Shown in pieces: positions 16,161 to 32,804 of a DNA stretch of 64,000 nucleotides (the stretch's first letter is position 1; the number at the start of each line of letters is the position of its first letter). Source of the DNA: the human T2T-CHM13v2.0 reference genome, Homo sapiens. Under the pieces are notes generated by a model. It did not search any database. It saw only the letters and a list, made by a program, of their open reading frames with translations, and was not told where the DNA came from. The position numbers and the translations under genes are program-made. Location of the stretch: NCBI RefSeq assembly GCF_009914755.1, contig NC_060926.1. One strand, written 5' to 3'.

Positions 16161-16609
16161 AAAGTAAAAACGTACACACTTTTTATGCCCTCAGAAGATG
16201 CCTAATCCTGGTTTACTAGGGTTTTTTTTTTCCAAACCCCCTCTGAAGTCAATTTGTTCCAAATGATCTTTTAGTTTGAATGACCACAGAATGTCTATCT
16301 ATACTCAACATTATGTTACCTTGTGCCTTGAGAAGAGCCCTACCTGCAGCAGAGGCTCAAAGTGTTTGTTGGATAAATAAATGCATGAATGAATCATGCC
16401 TTTGTTCATATTATGCTTCTGAATTCATTCTTTGGCTTCTCCCTATATTTGACTCCTGTCCCTGCAACTAAACTGTTTGCTGCTTAAGTATGACAATCAA
16501 GTATCTCTTATTGGACTAATTCTCCTGCAGATAAAACTATAAACCATGGGAAATACTTTTTAAAATAACTACATGAAGTCACCGAAGAACAATCAAAAAT
16601 AAGAACTTA

Positions 16610-16871
<262 letters not shown>

Positions 16872-17144
16872 GAGGGGAGACTGGACTTATCTTGGAAGAA
16901 GGGAATGGCACCTGATTCACCTGATTTATTTCCCATTTTTACATTGTTTTTAACCTGAAGGCAGGCTTCATTCGGCAGCAAGTGGTGCGGCTGACACTTG
17001 AAAGGCATTCCACAGTCCTATGGCTTAACGAACCAGAGGATACAGTTCAGGGTACCCACAGCAGCTGGATGCAGGGTCGAGAGGGTGGGGTTTGGGGTGG
17101 TGGTGAGGGCTAACGCAAATAGAAATGAGCCAAGGATAGGGAGC

Positions 17145-17526
17145 TGATATGGTTTGAGTCTATGTCCCTGCCCAAATCTCATGACAAATTGTAATCCCCA
17201 ATGGTTGGAGGTGGGGGCTGGTGGGAGGTGATTGGATCAGGGGGCAGACTTCCCCCTTGCTGTTCTCATGATACTGAGTGAGTTATCAGAGATCTGGTTG
17301 TTTAAAAGCATGTAGCACCTCCCCCTCTCTCTCTTCCTCCTATTTCAGCCATGTAGGAGAAGCCTGCTTCTCCTTCGCCTTGCACCATGATTGTAAGTTT
17401 CCTGAGACCTCCTTAGCCATGCTTCTTGTGCAGCCTGAAGAACTGTGAGCCAATTAAACCTCTTTTCTTTATAAATTTCCCAGTTTCAGGCATTTCTTTA
17501 CAGCAGTGAGAGAACAGGCTAACACA
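17145..17526 (+). mobile_element. MSTA-like solo LTR
   Basis: tgatatggtttg...aacaggctaacaca; 5-bp TSD ggagc at 17140-17144 and 17527-17531. Confidence 0.9.
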
Positions 17527-18481
17527 GGAGCCCTACATTCTGCACATAAATTCTGTCCTAATATCTGGCCGTCTCCTGAACTGTGCATGTATGAGACAGA
17601 CATGAAGAAACCCAGCTGAGGGTAAAAGAAGAGAATTTTTCCACTGCCTGCAATATTGGAGCCAGTTTAGAATTTTAGTCCAGCAAGCTAAACTTCCTGC
17701 TTTAAAAAACAAACAAACCAAGTTTTCTGAGGACCATAACAGAATAAGCCAGAGTGTCTACAACATATAATTTAGAATGTCCTGGATACAATCTGAAATT
17801 ACTAGACATACTTAAAAGCAGCAAAATGAAGTCTGACCCTGAGATAACCCAGATGTTGGCATTAGGGAAAAAAAGGATTTTAAATCAGCTGTTATAACTG
17901 TTACAACTATGCTCAAGGACATAAAGAAAAATGTTCGCCAAGTAAATAAAAACAGAAAATCTCAGCAGAGAAATAGACTGTTTAAAAAAGAACCAAATGA
18001 AATTGTAGAATTGAAAACTAAAATTACCTGAAATGAAATATTCACTGGATGGAGATAACATAATGTGCTGTGTAGAAAATTCCATAGACCCTACCAGAAA
18101 AAAAAACCTACTAGAACTAATATATTCCAGGATACAAGCTCAATATTTTAAAAATCAATTCTATTTTATTTCCTAGCAATAAGTACTCAGGACTTAAAAT
18201 TTTAAAAAAGACATAATTTACAATAGCAACCCAAACTATGAAACACTTAGAGATAAGTCTAATAAAACATGTGACATGTGTAACTGAAAACCATAAAACA
18301 TGGCTGAGAGAAACTGAAGAGCACCTCAAAAAATGAAGGAGGTTCATGGGTTTCTGTTTCATGGGTAGAAAGACTCAATATTGCTAAGATGTCAATTCTC
18401 TCCAAACTGTTCTATACATTCAACACAATCCCAATGAAAATTGCAGCAGGCTTTAAGTTGAGAAGTTTATTCTAAAATTTG

Positions 18482-18525
18482 ACTGAAATAGCTCAGTTGG
18501 CAGAGCATTAAAGTGAAGATCTAAA
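18482..18525 (+). pseudogene. Tail-less retrocopy of the 5' 44 nt of tRNA-Phe(GAA)
   Basis: actgaaatagctcagttggcagagcattaaagtgaagatctaaa versus tRNA-Phe GCCGAAATAGCTCAGTTGGGAGAGCGTTAGACTGAAGATCTAAA: 38/44 identical; anticodon gaa at 18515-18517; direct repeat tctaaaatt at 18471-18479 and 18520-18528. Confidence 0.88.
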
Positions 18526-20143
18526 ATTCATATGGAAACTTAAAGGACATAGAATACCAAAATAAGTTAGAGAGGAACAAAGTTGAATGACATACTACCA
18601 AGCTTCAAGATTTATTACAAGGTTACAGTAATCAAGACATTTAGTACTGGCATCAAGATAGACAAATAGACATGGAACAAAATATAGAATCCAGAATTAG
18701 ACCCAAAAAATTGAAAACAAATCAATTTTCAATTGATTTTTTTACAAAAGTGTTAGGCAATTCAGTGAAGAAAGGATGGTATTCCCAACAAATGGCACTG
18801 GAAAAATTAAGCATCCATATGCATGCATCAATTAGTTAATTAATGAATTTCAATCCATAAATTATGTGAACTGAAATCATATGGATTGCATCATATATAC
18901 AAATTTACTCAAAATAGGTCATGGGAATAAACATAAAATCTAAAATTATAATGCCTCTAGAAAATTAAAGCACAGGATGAAATCCCTTTTTACCTAGATT
19001 AAGCAAAGATTCTTCAAATATGATGCCAAAACAAGAATTCATGAAAGAAAAAAATTTATAAATGGGACTTTATCAAAATTTAGAACTTCTGCTTTTCAAA
19101 GGCACTGTTAAGAAAATATAAAGAAAGAGGTTCCGAGATGGCCAAATAGGAACAGCTCCAGTCTACAGCTCCCAGCGTGAGTGATGCAGAAGATGGGTGA
19201 CTTCTGCATTTCCAACTGAGGTACCGGGTTCACCTCACTGGGACTGGTCAGACAGTGGGTGCAGCCCAGGGAGCATGAGCCAAAGAAGGGTGGGGCATCG
19301 CCCCACCCAGGAAGTGCAAGGGGTCAGGGAATTCCCTTTCCTAGCCAAGGGAAGCCATGACAGATTGTACCTGGAAAGTCGGGTACCCTCATACTCCCAC
19401 CCTCATACTGCGCTTTTCCAATAGTCTTAGCAAACAGCACACCAGGAAATTATATCCCGTGCCTGGCTCAGAGGGTCCCATGCCCACGGAGCCTCACTCA
19501 CTGCTAGCACAGCAGTCTGAGATCAAACTGCAAGGCAGCAGTGAGGCTGGGGGAGGGGCATCCACCTTTGCTGAGGCTTGAGTAGGTAAACAAAGCATCC
19601 AAGAAGCTTGAACTGAGTGTAGCCCACCACAGCTCAAGGAGGCCTGCCTGCTTCTGTAGACTCCACCTCTAGGGGTAGGGCATAGCTGAACAAAAGGCAG
19701 CAGAAACTTCTGCAGACTTAAACGTCTCTGTCTGACAGCTTTGAAGAGAGTAGTGGTTCTCCCAGCACGGAGTTGGAGATCTGAGAATGGACAGATTGCC
19801 TCCTCAAGTGAGTCTCTGACCCCCAAGTAGCCTAACTGGGAGACACCTCCCAGAATGGGCCGACTGACACCTCAAACGGCCAGGTGCCCTTCTGAGACGA
19901 AGCTTCCAGAGGAATGATCAGGCAGCAACATTTGCCATTCTGCAATATTTGCTGTTCTGCAGCCTCTGCTGGTGATACCCAGACAAACAGGGTCTGGAGT
20001 GGACCTCCAGCAAATTCCAACAGACCTGCAGCTGAGGGTCCTGACTGTTAGAAGGAAAACTAACAAACAGAAAAGACATCCACACCAAAACCCCATCTGT
20101 ACATCACCATCATCAAAGACCAAAGGTAGATAAAACCACAAAG

Positions 20144-21158
20144 ATGGGGAGAAACCAGAGCAGAAAAGCTGAAAATTCTAAAAATAAAAGTGCCTCTTCT
20201 CCTCCAAAGGAATGCAGCTCCTCACCAGCAATGGAACAAAGCCGGACAGAGAATGACTTTGACAAGTTGAGAGAAGAAGGCTTCAGAAGATCGGTAATAA
20301 AAACTTCTCTGAGCTAAAGGAGGATGTTCGAACCCATCGCAAAGAAGCTAAAAACCTTGAAAAAAGATTAGACGAATGGCTAACTAGAATAAAAAGCATA
20401 GAGAAGACCTTAAATGACCTGATGTAGCTGAAAACCATGGCATGAGAACTACGTGACGCATGCACAAGCTTCAGTAGCCAATTCGATCAAGTGGAAGAAA
20501 GAGTATCAGTGACTGAAGATCAAATGAATGAAATGAAGTGAAAAGAGAAGTTTAGAGAAAAAAAGAGTAAAAAGAAACAAACAAAGCCTCCAAGAAATAC
20601 AGGACTATGAGAAAAGATCAAATCTACATCTGATTGGCGTACCACAAAGTGATGGGGAGAATGGAACCAACTTGGAAAACACTCTTCAGGATATTATCCA
20701 GGAGAACTTCCCCAACCTACTGAGGCAGGCCAACATTCAAATTCAGGAAATACAGAGAATGCCACAAAGATACTCCTTGAGAAGAGCAACTCCAAGACAC
20801 ATAATTGTCAGATTCACCAAAGTTGAAATGAAGGAAAAAATGTCAAGGGCAGCCAGAGAGAAAGCTCGGGTTACCCACAAAGGGAAGCCCATCAGACTAA
20901 CAGAAGATCTCTTGGCAGAAACTCTACAAGCCAGAAGAGAGTGGGGGTCAAAATTCTTAAAAGAATTTTCAACCTAGAATTTCATATCCAGCCAAACTGA
21001 GCTTCATAAGCAAAGAAGAAATAAAATCCTTTACAGACAAGCAAATGCTGACAGATTTTGTCACCACCAGGCCTGCCTTACAAGAGCTCCTGAAGGAAGC
21101 ACTAAACATTGAAAGGAACAACTGGTACCAGCCACTGCAAAAACATGCCAAATTGTAA
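20144..21158 (+). pseudogene. L1 ORF1, disrupted
   Basis: ATG at 20144; fragment ENTLQDIIQENFPNL...TPRHIIVRFTKVEMKEK; in-frame stops and frameshifts. Confidence 0.92.
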
Positions 21159-21221
21159 AGACCATCGAGGCTAGGAAGAAACTGCATCAACTAACGTACA
21201 AAATAACCAGCTAACATCATA

Positions 21222-25057
<3,836 letters not shown>

Positions 25058-25606
25058 ACAATGAGAACACTTGGACACAGGGTAGGGAACATCACACCCC
25101 GGGGCCTGTCATGGAGTTGGCGGGGGCGGGAGGGATAGCATTAGGAGATATATCTACCGTAAATGACAAGTTAATGGGTACAGCACACCAACATGGTCCT
25201 ATATACATATGTAACAAACCTGCACATCATGCACATGTACCCTAGAACTTAAAGTATAATTTTAAAAAAAGAAAATATAAAGACAAACTACAAGCTATGA
25301 GAAAATATTTTCAATATTAATTTTGATAAAGGCTTTATATCAGTATATACAAAGAACCCAAAAGTCAATAATAAGAAATCAACAACCAAATGAAAAATGG
25401 CAGAAGATTTGAGCAAATAATCAGAAAAAAAGATTTGTGGATATCACCTTGCACATGAAAAGTTGCTCCAACATCATTAGTTCCTGGAGAAATGCAAATT
25501 AAAAACCACAATGAGATACAACTACATACCCACTAGAGTGGCTAAAATTAAAAACTGGCCATCCCATACCAAACATTGGCATCAATCTAGAGCAACTGGA
25601 ACTCTT

Positions 25607-25938
<332 letters not shown>

Positions 25939-26789
25939 TGATTGGTTGTGTAAAATGGCACAACCACTTTGGAAAACAGTTTGTTATTTTTTAAAAAGTT
26001 AAACATCCATCTACTAGATATTTATTCATGAGAAATGAAAGCATACTTCCATTCAAGGACTTGTACATGAATATTCATAGCAATTTTACGTAGAATAACC
26101 AAAAACTGGAAACAACAATGCATAAACAAACTCTGATATATTCTTGCAATAGAATACTATTGTGCAATGAAAGTGAATGAGGTGTTGAAACATGCAACAA
26201 CATAGTTGAAAAGTATAATAATTATGTAAGTGAAAGATGCAGACAACAAAAGAAACAACTGTCCTATTTCATTTATATAGAATTCTAGAAAATGCAAACT
26301 AATCTATAGTGACAGAAAGTAGATCATGCTTTCCTGGGAGCAAGGGAGCGACAAGAGAGGTATTACAAAGGAGCATGAGGAAGTTTTTGGGATTGGTGAA
26401 TATGTTCATTATATTGATTGTGGTGATTGTCTCATGGGTGTATATGGATGTAAACCTCATCAAATTATACACTTTAAATATACACATTTTATATTTCAAT
26501 TATACCTCAATAACTCTATTAAAAACAAACAAAAATGCACTGATGCACTTAATAGTATCTTAAAGACAATAGAACAAAGTCAGTGGAGAGAGCAATAGAA
26601 ATTATCCAATCTAAAGAACAGGGACAAAACATCATTACAATAATGAAAAGAGCCTCACCAATCTATGGGACGATCTCAAAAGATGATTCTCATAATTGAA
26701 GTGCCAGAAGGAAGAGAAAGTAAAAAAAAAAAAGTGAACAATTTGAAGAAATAATTGCTGAAAATCTCGCCTGTTTGGTCAAAAACAAA

Positions 26790-28100
26790 TTTATCAAACT
26801 CAAAATATCTGTACAGCAAGGGAAACAATCAATAGAGTGAAAATGCCACTTTTGGAATGGGAGAACATATTTGCAAACCATGTATCTGATAAGGTGTCAA
26901 TTTCCAAAATATATAAGGAAAATCCACAACTTAATAGCAAAAAATAATAATAATTTAAAAATCCAATTTAAAAATGAGCAAGGGACAAAGATAGACATTT
27001 CTCCAGAGAAGACGTACATGTGGCCAACAGATATATGAAAATGTGCCCAACATCGCCAACCATCAGGGAAATGCAAGTCAAAACCACAATAAAATATCAC
27101 CTCATACCTGTCAGGATGGCTACTATCAAAAAAAAACAAAAGACAACAAGTGTTGGCAAGGTTATAGGGAAATTAGAATTCTGTACACTCTTGGTAGGAA
27201 TGTAAAATGATACAGCCACAATGTAAAACAGTTGGCAATTTCTCATAAAACTAAAAATAGAGCTACCATGTATCTATTTTGGGGAATAGAGCCAAAAGAA
27301 TTCAAATTAGGATTTTTTTTTTTTTTTAGACAGGGTCTCACTTTGTCATTTAGGCTGGAGTACAGTGGTGCAATCATTGCTTATTGCAGCCTCAAACTCC
27401 TGGGCTCAGCCAATCCTCCCACCTCAGCCTCCCAAGTAGCTGAGACTATAAGCACAAACCACCATGCCAGGAAACTTTTTAATTTTTTGTAGAGATAGGG
27501 TCTCACTTTGTTGCCTGGGCTGGTCTTGAATTCCTGGCTTCAAGCAATCCTCCCTCCTCAGCCTCCTAAAGTGGCGAGATTACTGGTGTGAGCCACCACA
27601 TCCAGCTAAAATCAGGATCTTGAAGAGATACCTATATTCCCATGTTCACTGTAGCATTATTCACAATAGTCAAGATATGAAAACAGCCCAAATGTCCATG
27701 GACAGATGAATGGATAAAGAAAATGTGTTATATAGGTACAGTGGACTATTATTCGATCTTAAAAAAAGGAGAAAAAAATTACCATTTACAACAACATGGA
27801 TGGACCTGGAAGATATTATGCTAAGTGGAATGAGTCAGTCACAGAATGACAAATACTGCATGATCCTACTTACACGAAGCATCTAAAATAGTCAAACTCA
27901 TAGAGTAAGAAAATTAAATGGTGGCTGCCAGGGGATGAAGGGGGTGGGGAATGAAGCATTGTTCAGCGGGTATAAAGTTACACCTACACAGGATGATTAA
28001 GCTTTAGAGATCTGCTGTACAGCATTGCATAACAAGAGGGTAGATCTCACGTTAAGTGTTTTGACCACTAAAAAGGGGCATGGGGACACGAGGAAACTTG
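26790..28100 (+). mobile_element. L1MA/L1MB-type 3' fragment, split by AluJ
   Basis: ORF 27020-27205 [34 protein letters not shown] is the ORF2 C-terminus; 3'UTR to gagggtagatctcacgttaagtg. Confidence 0.8.
27314..27607 (-). mobile_element. AluJ
   Basis: cagcctcaaactcctgggctca; TSD-like aaattaggat / aaatcaggat. Confidence 0.88.
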
Positions 28101-28189
28101 CTCTACAGTTTCAATGTTCTTTATATGAAGTAAATAGAAACTTCTAAGTAGTTTGTGAAAATTACAGTTGTATATTGTCATCCACAGAG

Positions 28190-28396
28190 CAAGATTTTTC
28201 AACCTCAGAACTATCGATATTTGGGGCCAGATAATTCTTTGCTGTGTTTCCTGTGCACTGTTGGATATTTAGTGGTATCTCTGGCCTCCACTCACCAGAT
28301 GCCAGTAGTACTTCTCTAGTTGTGACAACCAAAAATGTCTCCAGACATTGCCAAATTCCCCTGAGAAATAAAATCACCCCTGTGTGAGAACCACTA
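28190..28396 (-). mobile_element. MER20 (hAT-Charlie)
   Basis: gttgtgacaaccaaaaatgtctccagacattgccaaa...gagaaccact. Confidence 0.9.
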
Positions 28397-28398
28397 CC

Positions 28399-28399
28399 A

Positions 28400-28430
<31 letters not shown>
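28399..28430. repeat. (CA)n microsatellite
   Basis: About 16 CA units. Confidence 0.95.
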
Positions 28431-28432
<2 letters not shown>

Positions 28433-28575
28433 AAAACACTAACAAATGATGTAAAGAGGTATAGCTAAAAAGCCAATGAAATGAATTAAAATTGAATTCT
28501 ATAAAATATTCTGTTAACCCAAAATAATTCAGGAAAGAAGGGACAGAGGAACAAAAAGAAAAATGAGAAAAACAT

Positions 28576-28972
28576 TGATATGGTTGAGGATATTTGTCCC
28601 CTCCAAATCTCATGTTGAAACGTCATCCTCAATGTTGGAGGTGGAGCCTAGAGGGCAGTGTTTAGGTCATGGGGGCAGATCACTCATGAAGTGCCCTTCC
28701 ATGGTAATGAGTTCTGACATTATTAGTTCACCCAAGAGCTAGTTGTTTAAAAAGGGCCTGGCACCTTCACTTCTCTCTCTCACTCCCTCTCTCACCATGT
28801 GACATGCCTGCTCCTCCTTTGCCTTCTGCCACAATTGAAAGCTGCTGGAGGCCCTCACCAAGAGCAGATGCCAGCACCATGCTTCCTGTACAGCCTGCAG
28901 AACCAAATAAACCTCTTCATAAATTACCTAGGCTCAAGTATTCCTTTATAACATTACAAATGGACTAATACA
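28576..28972 (+). mobile_element. MSTB-like solo LTR
   Basis: tgatatggtt...gtcccctccaaatctcatgttgaaa...tggactaataca; TSD aacat / aatat. Confidence 0.88.
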
Positions 28973-29110
28973 AATATAAAACAAATAGAATAAGTAGTAA
29001 AATATTATGTAGAAACTCAACCATATCAAAATTACATTAAATTTAATTGGACTAAACACTTTAGTTAAAAGGCAGAGATTTTCAGAATGGTTAAAAAAGC
29101 AAAACCCCTT

Positions 29111-29228
29111 GGCCGGGCACGGTGGCTCACGCCTGTAATCCCAGCACTTTGGGAGGCCGAGGCAGGCAAATCACAAGGTCAGGAGATCAAGACCATCCTG
29201 GCTAATACAGTGAAACCCCGTCTCTACT
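29111..29228 (+). mobile_element. AluY-type left monomer only, with its own TSD
   Basis: Ends at the middle linker tctctactaaaaaa; 15-bp TSD aaaaaagcaaaaccc at 29093-29107 and 29229-29243. Confidence 0.88.
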
Positions 29229-29277
29229 AAAAAAGCAAAACCCAACTATATGATGTCTATAAGAGATAGACTTTAGA

Positions 29278-29626
<349 letters not shown>

Positions 29627-30689
29627 TTAATGAAATATTTACTATGCAATCACTGAGCATAAGAACGCTGGACTGATTGTACTGGTATCTGACATATTTC
29701 AAGACTAAGGGTATTACCACAGATAGAGACATTTCATGAAAGCAAAAAGGTCAATCTATCAGAAAGGTGTAACATTGTTAATTCATATCAGCCTAATAAC
29801 AGAGCCTCAAAATACACTAGGCACAAATTGTCAGAATTAAAGGGAGAAATAGACAAATCCACAATTATATTGGGAGATTTGAAATATACTCTTAGCAATT
29901 GACAGGAAGTTCCACCTGTCCATCTGATGAGGCAGTTGCCATAAGAAAGCAGCCCACACAGTCTAACCAGTAGGGATTAAGGAAAGCAGTCAATGCTTCT
30001 TTCTGGGCAGTGACATATTGGTCACGGGAGAGTTACCAGTTTTGAACGTCTGTGGGGAGGCAGTTTTGTTAGTCACTTCAGTTTATTACAATGATTCTCC
30101 ACCATAGCTGCACTTCTAAATCATGTAGGAGGATTTTGAACAAGACCTGGAGTTGGGCCTCACCACTAAAAACTTTGATCTGATTGATACGGGGATGGCT
30201 GTAAGTATCCATATTTTTCTTAAAGCTGCCCACATGATATTAATGTGCATTTATTGCTATGTCATCTCATGTAATGACTTCTGTGGGCCAATTAGAATTT
30301 TAGGTCACATTATCCCGTTGGGTATATGTATTGAATTTTTCAGTACATACCTCAGCTTGGCACTGTCTCCTCCACCCTATTCACAGGCAGTTTAGGTTTT
30401 GAATACAAGTACAGAAGTTTATATTCTTCTGTATTGAATGCCATTTTTTATGATCAACACTTCTCACTGTCAAGATTCTGTAAGATCCCACTTCTATCTC
30501 CAATCCTCTCATCCTTTTTATCCTGTTTTATGTGAAGAATACAAGTGTCCAATAGTCTTTCCTAGCTCAGAGTCACTAAAATTACTATAAATCTGCTCCT
30601 TCTCTAGGGCTAAAATCACAATCAAGCTCCTCCGTTTGTGTGTTTTCTCATTATCTGAACCAAGCTCTATTGTCTTTTCTACCAGAAAG

Positions 30690-30990
30690 GCCCTTCATAC
30701 CTCCATATCTTCCTGGACAATTCCTTCAAGACACAGTGCAAGTATTAGCTTTACAAAGAAGCCCTTCCTGCCTCTACTTAATCATTCCCTGCCCTTCCCA
30801 ATCTCTAAACCCAGGACATTCCTCTATCACAGTACACATCACAATTTAGAATAATCTATTTCTTTATCAGTCTGTCTTCCTCGCTAGACTACGAGGTATA
30901 CGAAGGCAAAGACCTGGTCTTGTTCCTCTTAGTATCCCAGTGCCAAGTCCTCATAGTGAGTGTCCAATAAATGTGTCTCGCATGAAGGGA
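30690..30990 (+). mobile_element. L2 3' end
   Basis: ctagactacgagg...gaaggcaaagacctggtcttgttc...tagtgagtgtccaataaatgt. Confidence 0.7.
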
Positions 30991-31856
30991 GGGAAAGAAG
31001 GAGAGGTACATTTTTTTCTTAGAAATTGGGGTTCAAAACATCAAATAAAATCCTTTGACTCAGATGTTAGCTTTCCATAATTCTCCTAAGCCCAGAGTTT
31101 TAGGTAGCAGTAATAACTCTTCATACTTCTATAATATTTATTATTTACACAGCACTGAACATAATCTTACCCAACCCCTTTGAAAACCCAATTATGTACT
31201 GTTACCCCAATATTACAGATGAGAAATCTGATGATTGAAAACATTGATTTGTCCAAGATCTCTGACTAAAAAGGAACCAAACTTAGGTCTTCAGACTTAA
31301 GAATTGATCTGTTTTGTTTGATTTTAAAACATACAACCCTGGAGGATTAAATTAAGCTCTCTCCCACCTGGCATGGGCGAAGCCTTATTGTGTCTCTCCC
31401 ATAGATATGCAGATTATCACTGGTGATGTACAGGCTACCAAGGCCTGCTAGGTACACTGGGTGTGAAGGCTTCAGGAGCCCCAGGCACCACTGGCTCCCA
31501 GCCTAAGTCCAAGGTCCCCATCTAGGACCTGGCTCCCATCTCATGATGCCAGTGCTGTTCTCAGGCTCTGCCATGCAGAGGTGACTGCTAATTATATTAT
31601 GAGGGCTTCATGGAAAATGGGATGTGTGGTGAGTCTTAGTGGACGCGTAAGCGGATACATGGAGAGGAATGTGCAGTGTGCTTTAACCAAAAAGAAAGAT
31701 TTTTGTAAAACAAAATTTTCAATGCAGGAAAGCCCATAGTTTACTCCCAGGGTTTACAGAGGTTGGCACAAGTGCGGCTATCATGGCTTAAAGAAGACTC
31801 CACCACCCACCTCCACCACTTCCACCCCGGCCTCTTTCTTTCCACCCAAACATGTG

Positions 31857-32169
31857 TTTTTCTTTTGTTTTGTCTTTTCATTTTGGAGACAGGGTCTTTC
31901 TCTGTCACTCAGGCTTGAGTGCAGTGGCACAATCATAGCTCTTTGCAGCCTCAAACTCCTGGTCTCAAGCAATCCTCCCACCTCAGCCTCCCAAGTAGCT
32001 AGGACTATAGGCACACATCACCACACCTGGCTAATTTTTACTTTTTTTATTTTTCTGTAGAAACAGGATCTCACAATGGTGCCCAAGCTGGTCTTGAACA
32101 TGGTAAGCATCTTCCCACATGGGCCTCCCACAGTGCTGGGATTACAGGCAGGAGCCACTGCACCAGGCC
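31857..32169 (-). mobile_element. AluJ
   Basis: atcatagctctttgcagcctcaaactcctggtctcaagcaatcctcccacc. Confidence 0.88.
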
Positions 32170-32436
32170 CGTCTTCTGTTCACCTTGGGCATAAACCTGA
32201 ACATGGCTTTACATCAGACAGAACAGCTTTGTGGGACAAGGATGACATCTCCAGCTGTTGATGCAAAGTCAGAGGACATCTGTGAGATCACTGGCAGCCC
32301 CACCCTTGAGTAAGGAGCTCCCTGCAGCACCTGTACAAGTGCCTGCTTGAGTGCTCTAGCAAGTGACAGGGTGCTGTACCACAAAAGGGAGCCCCAAAAC
32401 TTTGTGGAGCAACTTGAAATAGCCATTAGTTTTTAG

Positions 32437-32804
<368 letters not shown>

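Noticed and set aside
18482-18560. Functional tRNA gene
   Set aside because: T-arm/B-box and 3' acceptor stem are absent; the sequence returns to L1 after position 44.
19494-19826. Intact L1 ORF0 (APPPASLLPCSLISDCCAS is recognisable)
   Set aside because: The ORF0 start codon is mutated (19566-19568 reads AAG on the minus strand) and the frame stops after CCASSE.
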